A DNA stretch of 63,359 nt, filler included, from Neolecta irregularis DAH-3 (taxonomy: Eukaryota): the NCBI GenBank assembly GCA_001929475.1. It is 7 parts of 7 records of this genome, joined end to end, with 100 filler letters (N's around TTAATTAATTAA, not from the genome) between each part and the next. Parts side by side here need not be neighbours in the genome. Positions count along the whole stretch, not along the records: positions 32,793 to 41,198 come from LXFE01002328.1; positions 41,299 to 56,566 come from LXFE01002335.1; 5 more parts are not named here. One strand, written 5' to 3'. The notes under the pieces are model-generated. The model saw only the letters and a list, made by a program, of their open reading frames with translations. It had not been told where the DNA came from and did not search any database. Position numbers and translations under genes: made by a program. This document shows positions 33,035 through 44,358 of this stretch, one piece after another. Every line of letters begins with the position of its first letter. Position 1 is the first letter of the stretch.

Positions 33035-33986
33035 TCAAAGTCGTCCATTTTCCAGCACTCTCTTAACCCACGTATCCTGAAACTCTTTGCTCTTGATTGA
33101 CACAAACATTCCAGCTACGGCAGAAGAATCAAAAACCCTTGATACAGAGACCATTTCATCCCAACTGAGTATCCCAATATACTCCTTCTCAAGCTTTTCA
33201 AGTGCAAGCTTTGATTGTAATATTGCTGTATTTGCAGCTTTGGTACGAATTTGGTAGAGTTCGTTTGCAATTTGCTCAGCACCACTTGGGCACTCGGTGC
33301 GGGGTTGCTTGACACCACTATCGTGTAACACCACTGTATCATCCTCATTTGGATCAATTCTGCGCTTTGCATTGCTACCTCCATTTGATTGCCTGGGTAG
33401 TAGTGTTGCAATAGATATTTCAGACGATTGTTGTGAAGTTGATAAATAGTTTGGCGGAATTGGTGAATATCTGACAGAATTCAGATCATCAGATAGAGGA
33501 ATGTGAGTTTGTGGTTGTGGCTGCATTGGAACTGGAATTGTGAATGCATATTCACCTGTAGCAATGCTTCCAGAACAGATTTCATCTAGTTCTTGAAAGA
33601 AAGGAGGAGTTTTGTACCGGAACCGTAGTGCCTTTGGATGAACCTCAATATAGGCCCGCCAAACATGGTCAGGTGCAATTGCCAGATGTTTCTCGTTATC
33701 CCAACCAAAACCTTCATGGTGTATAATTGCAATTAAAGTTTGGTAATCAATAATCATCTATATTACATCAGTAAATATATGAGATCAGTGTGCAGACTGT
33801 GTAGAACTTTGATTTTATCTGGCTAATCTCATATTGCCTCCCAAGCTCACTGTTCAGTCTATCCCGGACCTTTTCCCAGCTGGCCCTTTTAAATCTTGAT
33901 TCAGACATTTTCCCAGTCCTTACCTCATCAAGTAAGGTCTTTAACATTATTTGCTCCTGACGAATGTCCCATCTCGCTCGCGTCAT
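33035..33986 (-). CDS. Myb/SANT-like DNA-binding protein of PIF/Harbinger ORF1 type
   Basis: RARWDIRQEQIML..FKRASWEKV..LNSELG..QIKSKF, GFGWD, VWRAYIEVHPKALRFRYK, ELDEICSGSIATG; one phase-0 intron. Confidence 0.85.
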
Positions 33987-34248
33987 TGTAGTGGGTTAAA
34001 CCGGTGGATTCGGGAATTCAGATTTTAGTGTAGTACCACAAACCCGGATTGTCACCTTGGCTTGGGTTGTCGAGAACCCGTGAATCATCATGACATCTCT
34101 TCCTCCATTTAACATTGCTGGTGGATATCTGCCGATGGGTTAGGAGTCAAACAAATTCAATATTGAAACTCAATTCAAATGAAAACAATCAAATGAAAAA
34201 TCAAATGAAAACAATTCGAAAATCGAAAAACAATTGATGTCATTTTGT

Positions 34249-34331
34249 TGCGCCCACCGGGAATCGAACCCGGGCCGCATCCTGATACAGGAGTATGGGA
34301 AGGATGCATTGTACCACTCAACCATGAGCGC
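34249..34331 (-). tRNA. tRNA-Gly(CCC) with 12-nt intron
   Basis: GCGCTCA acceptor stem, D-arm TGGTTGAGTGGTA, anticodon stem CATCC-TTCCCA[intron]A-GGATG, T-arm GGTTCGATTCC. Confidence 0.93.
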
Positions 34332-34543
34332 CTTTCTACATCTGTCATTTTAGACAATATAACACAGACCCGACCTGACCTCGGTAATCAACAAAGTCCA
34401 GTGTCTTGAAGATGGATTTATGATGGACACCCTCTGTAGAATCGTCTAGTGTACTTGATGGTCTTATTTGTGGTTATGGGGCGACTTTACGTTTGGATCA
34501 AAACAAGCTTGTCTCCACCATAATCCTTGCCCATCCGTTTGAA

Positions 34544-36487
34544 ATGACTCTTTGTACTGCAGATGATATCGGCATCCTCCTGTTTAAACATGATAAACGC
34601 TTGAATGAAATTGAAGATGACCTTGGCGATTCGCCTGCAGTACGTGCGCAACGGAGAGCAGATCTATATACAACCTTGGTCGCAACGTTTGATGCTCAAT
34701 TGAATCGAATACAAGCGGAGCGGGCGGAAATCGAGTCTAGCTGCAGGCAATTAATCAAGGAGCTGGCCGGAATGAGCAAAAGCCTTGGAGGGGAAAATAT
34801 GCGGCAAGACCCATTTGTTGAAGAGCCCGAGATGAAGAGTATGACGGTTACAAAAGTATCTTGTTGTGTTATCAAGGCTCACGGGTAGCCGCTGAGACCG
34901 AGTCTTGAGTCGATTAGAGAACAACACAATGAAATGAAGAGAAACTATATAGAGCGTCTCGATTACGTCAAGGGTATGTGTATGCAAGGCTTGGTCTTGA
35001 TATCAGAATTGAGTAGCGTCTTGCTTGATTATCAGACCCGGTTAGGCCCTGATTTCCTAGAGGTCGAGATTCCCAATCTTGATGCACCGCTGGGAGTACC
35101 TGATCTGTCGCTCAGATTCATCAATCAGTCCATGTTGGCAGAAATTAATCGGTGTTCGGAAGAGCTTAAACGCAGACGGAGAGTCGTTTCCCAGTTGTGC
35201 ACTCAAATTATTCAACTCATCGCCGAGCGGGAAATTAATATTACTGACGAAACTGAATTTGACCGAGCGATCGTGTTGTCGAGGGATAATCCGGATATTA
35301 TTGGACTTTCGGGTGATATTTTGGAGAAGCTTAATTTGAAGAAGGAAGCAATGGTTGCTGAAAAGGTTAAACGCGAGGCTCATCTTGAATCGTTGAAAGG
35401 CGCGATCATGCCGCTCTGGGAGAAATTAGGTGTCAATATGGAGGATGCCAAGACATTTATATCGTCAAACCGTGGGATTACCGATAAAGTTATCAGTGCG
35501 GTATAGCATTTCTTGGATTTATCTGACGGTAGTATAAAAATGAATTAGAAAGGCTGAAAGAACTGAAACGCCAGAATTTGGAACTATTCATTCGCGAATC
35601 AAGAAAGACGTTGAAGGAGTTATGGGATGCGCTATACTTTTCTTGTCAAGAGATGCAGTCTTTTGGTGCAGCGTTTATTGGTGCGGGATATCGCTGCATT
35701 TCTTATGTGTAGATGTATTCAGCGAGGCTGCGCTGATAGTGCATGAAGATGAAGTCGCCCGTTTACAACAGGTCTATACTGTGCAACGACCTATCCTCGA
35801 TTTAGTAGAAAAATACTATGCTCTTGAAAAGGAACGAAAAGAATTGGAGAAATCGAGTCAAGACACGTCTCGGCTAATGGGACGAGGGAACCGCGACCCG
35901 GGTCGTCTTCTTCGCGAGGAAAAGGCTCGCAAGAAGATCAGCAGGGAGCTTCCAAAGGTATTTGAACATTTGGCAAGTGTTGATGTTTGATTGCCCAAAA
36001 AGTGCGTGAAACAGTGCATATATGGGAACTTGATAACGGGCCATTTTTGGTGTATGGGAACCGGTTTCTTGAAGAACTGGAGCCTCAAAGATCTGCAAGT
36101 CTTTTATCTGTCTGGTTTTAATGTTAGACGTCGCAGCTGTCTAATCATTCTACTCGAACGAATTCATCAAGACCTACTACTCCGAAGCGACCTCGAACAC
36201 CGAGTCGATCCCGGGCCCCATTTCGGGAAATGGACACAAACTCAAGTCCGTCCAAAGTTGCGAGTACTGTGCGTAAAGGAAATAAGAATACTAATTCTGC
36301 ACTTTTGGAAAATTCGTTTGGATCATTGAAACGAAAGACTTGCGCCCTGAATTTATCAAGCTCTAGTATTCGAAGTCAAACACGCATGGTTTCTGCTTCG
36401 AGTTCTAATTGGGAAGCGTACGAGAGCGAGGGTGAGCAGGAGGAAGACAATGGAATAGTATGTGAGTGGGGAGAAGAAGGATTTTAA
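34544..36487 (+). CDS. ASE1: Ase1/PRC1/MAP65 microtubule-bundling protein
   Basis: IMPLWEKLGV, ELERLKELK, FIRESRKTLKELWDALYFS, SRLMGRGNRDPGRLLREEKARKKISRELPK. Confidence 0.92.
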
Positions 36488-36720
36488 TATTGCATTTAGT
36501 CGCTACGTATACATTAGACATGATATTAATTTGAGTTGAACTTTGCCACAATGGACGACGACCGCGCCCAGCTGCAACTTGAGATCGAGAATTGATGTGA
36601 GTGGGGAGAAGAAGGATTTTAATAGCATTTAGTCCTACGTATACATTAGACATTAATTTGAGTTGACTTTTGCCACGATGGACGACGACCGCGCCCAGCT
36701 GCAATTTGAGATCGAGAATG
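36460..36720. repeat. Imperfect ~135-bp tandem duplication spanning the Ase1 stop and CSN5 start
   Basis: ATGTGAGTGGGGAGAAGAAGGATTTTAATA...ATGGACGACGACCGCGCCCAGCTGCAA.TTGAGATCGAGAAT occurs twice. Confidence 0.92.
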
Positions 36721-37876
36721 GGATTGAGATATTAGATGCCGCGACAGATGCAATATACGAATACAACCGAGAGGAACAGTGTAAGATAAACGAAGCTCAG
36801 CCATGGAAAACCGAGTATGTTTTCCGATTGCGAGTCTCACTCTAGTCCGAATCATTTCGCCAAGGCGAAAATATCGGCTGTTGCGCTGATCAAGATGGCA
36901 GGTATCTTGATTGTCAAGTCTGATTGCAGGTTACTCATGCTCGTGCTGGAGGGTCAATTGAAGTTATGGGCCTGATGCAGGGAAAGATTCGAGGGGACAC
37001 GTTTATCATCATGGACGCGTTTCCACTTCCGGTCGAGGGGACGGAAACACGAGTCAACGCAGCTGCTGAAGCGTATGAATATATGGGAGACTACCTCGAG
37101 ACAGTTCAAAAGATAAACAAGCCGGAGAATGTGGTTGGTTGGTGGCAAGTCAGTGGTATCGCATATGCTGAAGCAAGGCACTCGCATCCTGGCTATGGCT
37201 GCTGGCTTTCCGGTATTGACGTTAATACGCAATTTCAAAACCAGCAGTTCCAAGACCCGTGGCTTGCTCTCGTAGTAGGTGCTGCAGCGGGTGGGCTAAT
37301 TGCAGATTGACCCGAATCGGACAATATCAGCGGGAAAAGTGGACATTGGTGCATTTAGAACGTATCCAAAGGACTACAAGCCGCCTGGGGGGCACGACAG
37401 CGAGTACCAGACAATCCCGCTTGACAAAATAGAGGATTTCGGGGTGCATGCTAACGAGTACGAACGATTTGGGGGTGCTTACGAGTAGATACTACGCGCT
37501 TGAAGTTTCATTCTTCAAGTCGCTGCTGGACAGCCATCTTCTTGACCTGTTGTGGAATAAATACTGGGTCTCGACGCTATCTCATTCGCCTCTATTAACG
37601 GTGAACGCTCATTCTATGTGAATTAACGGCAGAATCGAGAATACTCGTCCAAGCAGATGAACGACCTTGGGTCGAAATTGGATCAAGTGCATATTCAAGA
37701 GGGAATCAAGTCGGACAAGAAATCACAGCTGGAAAAGATAGTCAAGGACAGGTATGGTGATTGAGGAACATGCTCACAGCAGCGAGGTTGTTACATCTGA
37801 GCAAGCGCACGGGTTAATGGCACAATATTTCAAACGGCAGTTGTTTTCGTTTCAGACGAGACAGAATGAAAGCTGA
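36678..37876 (+). CDS. CSN5: COP9 signalosome subunit 5 (JAMM isopeptidase)
   Basis: [87 protein letters not shown]; 7 introns. Confidence 0.97.
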
Positions 37877-37974
37877 ACGAGATGCGATGCGTCACCAAGT
37901 TTCCCATTCAGCACAGGCCACTCAGGCTTGCAAATCAATGAATGAAATAGGGTTAGGATTGAATTGAAAGAATT

Positions 37975-38049
37975 CACTCAAGGCTAATGATTGAACGAAT
38001 ACACTCAAGGCTAATGATTGAACAAATACACTCAAGGCTAATGATTGAA
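37975..38049. repeat. 27-bp minisatellite, nearly 3 copies
   Basis: CACTCAAGGCTAATGATTGAAC(G/A)AATA repeated. Confidence 0.9.
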
Positions 38050-38413
38050 TGATCAATTAAGCTCAACGGTGATGAAACGGCGACCACCCTGAACCGGCCA
38101 CCTTTCCCAAAAAAATGTAAATTTCAAAATACCAAATTTCTCCAACCCTAGCTATTAAAAATGGAAACGAATGAGCAGATGGTACAATTAGATATCACAG
38201 ATTTATTTTGATATCCGTAGATGGCAAATTGACCTGCAGTCAGTGTTCCCACTTAATTCGTCAAAGCCAAATCTTACAGGAGTAAATACCATCACGATAC
38301 GAGCACCGAGATGAGCCCTTGATCCCGTGTTTCTAGGGAATTATGAATAATCTAGAGGTCGTCGACTCGCAAGGAAGGCCTCTACATAATGAGGAACCAT
38401 TATTGGTAATACA

Positions 38414-39145
38414 CTACCGAGTCTTGCTGATTATGGTATCGGCAGGTTGTGCGATGATTGCCGCCGCAATACCAGCTGCCAACCCCGAGCCCAAGTTGAT
38501 AGCTGTGTTGGCCCTATTGAAAAGCTCGGATTTTGGCGTTGGAATGCGTTTGTAAATAGTTCAGTAACTCGTTCGTAAAGGACAAACTAGGTCGAGGTCA
38601 GTATATATCATTGGTGTGAAAACCTTGGCCANNNNNNNNNNACAGCTGCCAACCCGAGCCCAAGTTGATAGCTGTGTTGGCCCTATTGGAAAGCTCGGAT
38701 TTTGGCGTTGGAATGCGTTTGTAAATAGTTCAGCAACTCGTTCGTAAAGGACAAACTAGGTCGAGGTCAGTATATATCATTGGTGTGAAAACCTTGGCCA
38801 TAGTAAATGGGACCTGTTTGAACAAAATTGGGCCAAAGCCAGAATAGAAAGCTCCAATCCCTTCCTGGGAATAAATCTCGGAGATGAGACCGCCAGCAAA
38901 CGTTGGTTGAGAGACGATGTTGGAGCGAGACTACACCAAGGATGTCGATCCAGGTCTTTTTGAACAATTCATATCCTCCAAATTTGATGCTAGAATTTCC
39001 TTCAACAATCTTTTCATACAGAAAATATCATGCCGCAGTTGGGCCAAATCCAGTAAGAGTGCACCAGCACCTTTGGTTGAGACCACGGATCTGAATATAT
39101 GAACCATCTTGTACTGGCAGGGTCCAACTGAATTCGAGTTTTCAG
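38414..39145 (-). pseudogene. Mitochondrial phosphate carrier (MIR1/PIC2-like) pseudogene
   Basis: Fragments [73 protein letters not shown]; frameshifts, an in-frame TGA and an internal deletion. Confidence 0.82.
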
Positions 39146-39404
39146 GCTATTCATTTAACAATGCAATCAGTCAATCATACACATCAACTTTACCGTATTG
39201 AACAACAGACAGCACCTAAAATGTCTCGATAACAAATGTATAAACCAACAAATGCAAATCGAGCGTATAAATCAAGGCCTGTATAACAGCCTCAACAGCG
39301 ATCTTTGCTTTCTCGATTTTTAGAGAGCCGGAAAGAAACTGGGTTAAGGGGGGTTCCATGCCACTGCTCGCCGGCCCCACCCGATATCCCGAATATGACA
39401 CAGA

Positions 39405-41082
39405 TTACGTGACAACTTTGCCCTTGTGCAAAAGATCCACGACATCGACCCTGCCCATATCACCATACTCTAGTCTTTTCCACGTCCGAATATTCATCTC
39501 TGTCAGGTCAAACTTGATAATTAGTAATTACAATATAACAAACAACCTCAAAGATGCGAAGTTTACGAGCACCAGCTCCCTTTCCCATGTAACCGCCAAG
39601 CCCAGACCCACCTCCATAGCACAGCCAAACCTCTTGATCGTATGAAGATTCCAATAAACAAGCGTCGTTCGCATGATCATGGCCAGCCACAACTAGAGAC
39701 ACATTCGCGGCCGCAAACGCTTTCAATGCCCCCGAGTTATATGTTGGAGCCGTGGAAGGTTCAAGATTTACCCCTCCAACAACCATTCTAGAGTGGGCTC
39801 GATATTCAGGTAGTGGAATGTGTATAAACACGACATTGAGATCCTTTGCGACTGAGTGAGATTGAGCTTCCTCACTGAACCAAGAAATTTGGCTTTCCTT
39901 GAGCCAGGCGTATCCGGGGTAGTGTGATTCATCCGGCGAGTACTTGTGCGCGTCGAGAAAGTAAAAATGTAATGACGCATTGTGGTTTGTGATTGTTTGG
40001 ATGTAATTTCCCACTCCGTCAACGGAAGCCGGACCAGCTTGACTGAGAGAGAATGGTAACTTTTCAATGATTCCCATTTGCTCGGCCCGTGACAAATTCC
40101 CTTCGTCATCATGGTTACCGAAAATAGTGACATATGGAATTGAGCGAGCAATCAATGGTTCTGCGAATTTAAACAAGGCCTATGGGTTAATATGCATTGA
40201 CGCAAATTTGAATACAGATTGAACATCTGGCGAAGTTTCCCCGTTGACCTGATCGCCGGTAAGAACCACCAGATCCGGCAACTCTGCATCCAAAACACGG
40301 GCCACAAATTCAAGTGTTTGAGGATCGGCCTCGCAGGTATTTTGCTGATCTTCCTCTACATCCCTGCAGCGTCCGAGATTCCCACCCGAAAGATGAAGGT
40401 CTGCAAATGAGCATCAGCGTAAATAGAGGCCTGCCTGCAATTTGCAACACTTTATATTTCGAGTTTTTGGGAAGTGGAAGTGAGGGTTTATGTGGGGTCG
40501 CCATTTTCCCTCGTCGGTATGAGATCCTTGCTTGACTAGCCGAATAGAGAGAATTCGTAGGAGCTAATTCCCAATTTTGCCTTACTTCAACAGCATCTGC
40601 TCTGTACTATGTATCGGTTTCTAGTGACAGCCCGCGTACCCGAATAATAAGTCTATCGCCGTAATTGCATTTGCCAACCCGGCGCGATCCGTCCTTTTAG
40701 TCCACAGTTGCGCGTCAGAACTCTGCGCCGCGATCCAACCATCTCCTCGAGGCTCGATCCTCGAAACTCTTATCTGGTCAATAAAAGACTCTTTGTCGCT
40801 TTTTTGTCGTCGGAATGCGATAAACGCCCTATTGAACCATTTCGTCCCCAAATAAACATCTTTATCAAGTCTTTCCCAGCCCTTGCCGGTAGAACAACTT
40901 GAAAATGGGATCAATCTGCAACATTTAACAATTCGAATATCGGTAATTGGCACATCGTTGTGAAAGTGGGGGTTTACCGACACCGGTGCCTGTGAAAAGT
41001 ACAAAACCCAACCCAAATATAGAAGGATCACAAGGAGGGGTTTCAACAAGGATTTGCGAGACATTAAGAGACGCAAATACAT
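39405..41082 (-). CDS. DCR2: DCR2-like metallophosphoesterase with N-terminal membrane anchor
   Basis: KVLQIADLHL, PDLVVLTGDQVNG, FGNHDDEG, FIHIPLPEY, AGHDHANDAC, WLCYGGGSGLGGY. Confidence 0.9.
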
Positions 41083-41298
41083 TTGGGTGTATTGTTGGTT
41101 GGGATTACTCGTGAGGAGAGGACTACGTAAGGATCTGTTCCGCGCGAAACGTCAAATCGCGCGAAACGTCAAACCCGCCACTACCACTCCAACGCTTTNN
41201 NNNNNNNNNNNNNNNNNNNNNNNNNNNNNNNNNNNNNNNNNNTTAATTAATTAANNNNNNNNNNNNNNNNNNNNNNNNNNNNNNNNNNNNNNNNNNNN

Positions 41299-41755
41299 AA
41301 CCTGACACAATATAAATATAATAAAAGATAAAAATAAAGGGTTTTCTCCACCACCATCTCTTCAAAATAGATAACCATGAGAAAATGATTCAATCAGCTA
41401 TTGAAGATCTCAAATCTGGAAATTTTACCTCCCAAAAAGCAGTAGTGGAGAAGCTCCAGGACAAGAAGGTACAGAAAAGGGTTCCAATTGACCCAAATAG
41501 CTGATTTGCCAATATTGAAAATATTCAACAGGTGATTGATGGAGCAACTCAACAAAGGGCAAAATTTGTAGCTAGAGCACCTGAACTAAAAGCTGAAAAA
41601 AACAGAAAAGGCATTAGAAAGAGCTAGTATTGATAGCTGCATGTTTGAATGGCAGCTAAACTTTGAATAGAACATTGGGTAGACAAATATGTGTCATGCA
41701 ATTCTTTTTTGGTGGCGGGTTTAGGGGGGTGTCGGCTAAATTGCTGCTGAGCTTA
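41299..41755 (+). mobile_element. Internally deleted Fot1/pogo-like element
   Basis: HTH remnant fused to a C-terminal transposase remnant (KRVPIDPNS*FANIENIQQ); right TIR GGGGGGTGTCGGCTAAATTGCTGCTGAGCT followed by TA. Confidence 0.8.
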
Positions 41756-41837
41756 ATGCTTTGAATGTGATAATCTCAAAGAAGCTACCCAATTGCCCAA
41801 TGACCCAAGTCACCTCCCCCACTCCCTGATTAAAGCA

Positions 41838-44257
41838 TTACTTGAATAATCCAAATTTCTTATGCTTCTTCTTGTCCGCGTCCTGGCCGTCTGCATTAGC
41901 GTCCACAGACCCATTTTTGCTTTTACTGCGATGAAATCCCAAGCCTTTGGATTTCGATGAGCTTGCTGATGAACCTGTATTTTGTGACTGTAAAGTAGGC
42001 GGGGAGGCAGCACTAGCTGGTTGTGGAAGCACAGGTGGTTTATATGATGGTTCAGGATGTTTTGGTGGTGGAAGGATAGTCAGTGCTGCTGGTCGAAGGA
42101 TAGGTTGATCGCAGGGAAGATTCAAGCTTGCTCGTGGCGCCCGACTTTTTCCCAGTCGATGAAGAAATGATTCAGGTGTGAGCATTTCGTTTGATCCAAA
42201 GAAAACATCTCGGCCATGTGCTTTTGAAATGTCGTAGCATGCTCGAGATTCGCTGTATACTGCTCCTCCAGCCATAAACACAATCATTCGAGGTCGAGCT
42301 TCGTGAGTCGATGTGCGTGATTTCGCCCAGGTAGGTCGTGCACTCAACAATCAGGCGGAGTTTTAAGATGATTTACCTTCTCAAAGAGCCACCGGTAACC
42401 ACACCGGAATTTTCTTGCGGGGCTTCTTTGATGTAGGGAAACATCTCTACGTCCAAATGTCCACGAATATGATCTTCCAAAACGCTTTTCAATACTGGTT
42501 GAAACCTGGACAGTTCATAAGCGTCTTCCTCTGTACTTTTATTTCGTTTCTGGGGAGATCGTTTCGATTTGTCTCCCCATTTTTTAATTGTTGGAACACC
42601 GAGAAGGTCAAGATTACGTAGAATTTGGGTATCTATGTTTGATAATCCGGCATGTTGAATCATTTTTGACAGGTCGTCTTCGATTATGCCGTTTCTGTGG
42701 GTGGTATGAAGCATGAGTAGACGAAGCTTATCTCGCTGACTAGACGTTGAACAGAATATCGCGTAGATGCAAACCTTAGAGCTGGGTCATCTAACAGTTC
42801 AATTATTTGTTCGACTAAACCATGGGGTGTTTTCCCATTCGTATCGAGTCCAGTAGCACAATCCTGCAATTAGGTCTGTGTGGGTCAAAACATACTTGCT
42901 CAAACATTCCGACGACGGGTAGTTTCTTTTGTTCAAAAAGGTTCATGGATTCTTGAGACATGGAAAGATGAAGCGAAAACTGGTCTCTGGTTTCCTGAAA
43001 CTGTGGCAATTCAGCAAGCATATCCCGCATGTCATTCAAATTTGTCGCTTTATCCCTAAAAGTTAAACCAGAGATATGTTCAAAGAATACTTTGCTGTAA
43101 AATTTGTATTCTCGGCGCAAAAGTTGTTGAAGTCCGCCATGAGTCTATCTATTGCTTCTCGCATATGCAGATGGCGAATGTCGGTCCAAATTTTATCCTT
43201 CTCGTCAAACACTGAAGTCTTTTCTTCTGGACCATTGGGTCCTTTTAGCGTGTAGCTAGAAATGAGGATATGCAAGCATGGATACAGTACCTGTACTTTT
43301 TTCCATCATGGATGTTTAAAAGATCGTTGACCATGGCCTGGAAAGTGAATTCATGTAGCAGAGGAGCGACTGGATCAACGCTGCGGTCCAAAACAAAGAG
43401 CACAGCCCGTCCGCGGCTACCAGCAGGCGGCCAATGTTCGTTTAGTTTTACATGTTCATCGAGATGAGCCTGTAAGAGGGCGGCGATCTTGTATGAGATA
43501 GTTTTGGATTCACGAGTAACGTGCAAAGGGCGGTAATGGCGGATTACGGGATTCTCGCCAAGAGTAACACAGACGGAAAGAAGTCTGTTTGCGATTCGAG
43601 CCACCTCTTTATCCAAGATAGAGCGGCAGTCGGGGTTGTAGAGCGTATAAAACGAATGGTTTTCGCGAAAACTAAAAAGATGCGACTCTACGGGAAAGAA
43701 ATCGACGAATATTTCGGTCAGGCAGCGTAGAAATGGTTTTGCCTTTGATGCTGTTAGACGGTCAAACAACTTGTCGTCCAGCGCTGGTGTATTAGGTAAT
43801 AGCAAGACAGAAACAAGTCACCCGAGATAAAAAACAAATGAGCGGCAGCATAGAGCGGTTTTGGGCGGTTGAAGTCGGCAATCACACAGTCCACAATGTG
43901 CGGTCGGGGTGTTACAAAGTAAATTGCCTCGAAATTAGCGTCCCCTGCCCGCTGGTCCTCGACATGTTCCACCGCTTGGTGGTTAGTCGCAAGACACAAT
44001 AGAGACCCCACTTGCAATGTTTTCGTCGTACAGGTCGAGCAGCGGCACCACGCAATTGATAATATCAGTCGTATGCCTATCCACGACCAGCACTTTCCAC
44101 TTAGATCAGTAATAATGGAGCAATGCAGTATCAGTTACCCGTTGCGGCGGTTGCACTGAGCGCACAGTATCGAGAAGGCCTGGTCGCTATCAGCGCTGCT
44201 GCTTAGCGGCGGAAGGCGAAGCATACGCGACTGAACCAGCTGCAGCAGGCCCTGCAT
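41838..44257 (-). CDS. SEC1: Sec1/Munc18 SNARE regulator
   Basis: WKVLVVD, EAIYFVTP, LDRSVDPVAPLLHEFTFQAMVNDLL, WTDIRHLHM, FSLHLSM, EQDCATG, YELSRFQPVLK, RMIVFMAGGAVYSESR. Confidence 0.95.
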
Positions 44258-44358
44258 TTTGGGGAATAATAATGGATTAGTATGGGTCAAGAGCTGATAA
44301 ATCGAGGTAGAGATCGGATAGAAATGGAGGTGAGAGACAAAATAAAAAACACAACACC

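Noticed and set aside
38473..38800. ~160-bp direct duplication
   Set aside because: Near-identical copies flank a 10-N gap, typical of unmerged contig overlap.
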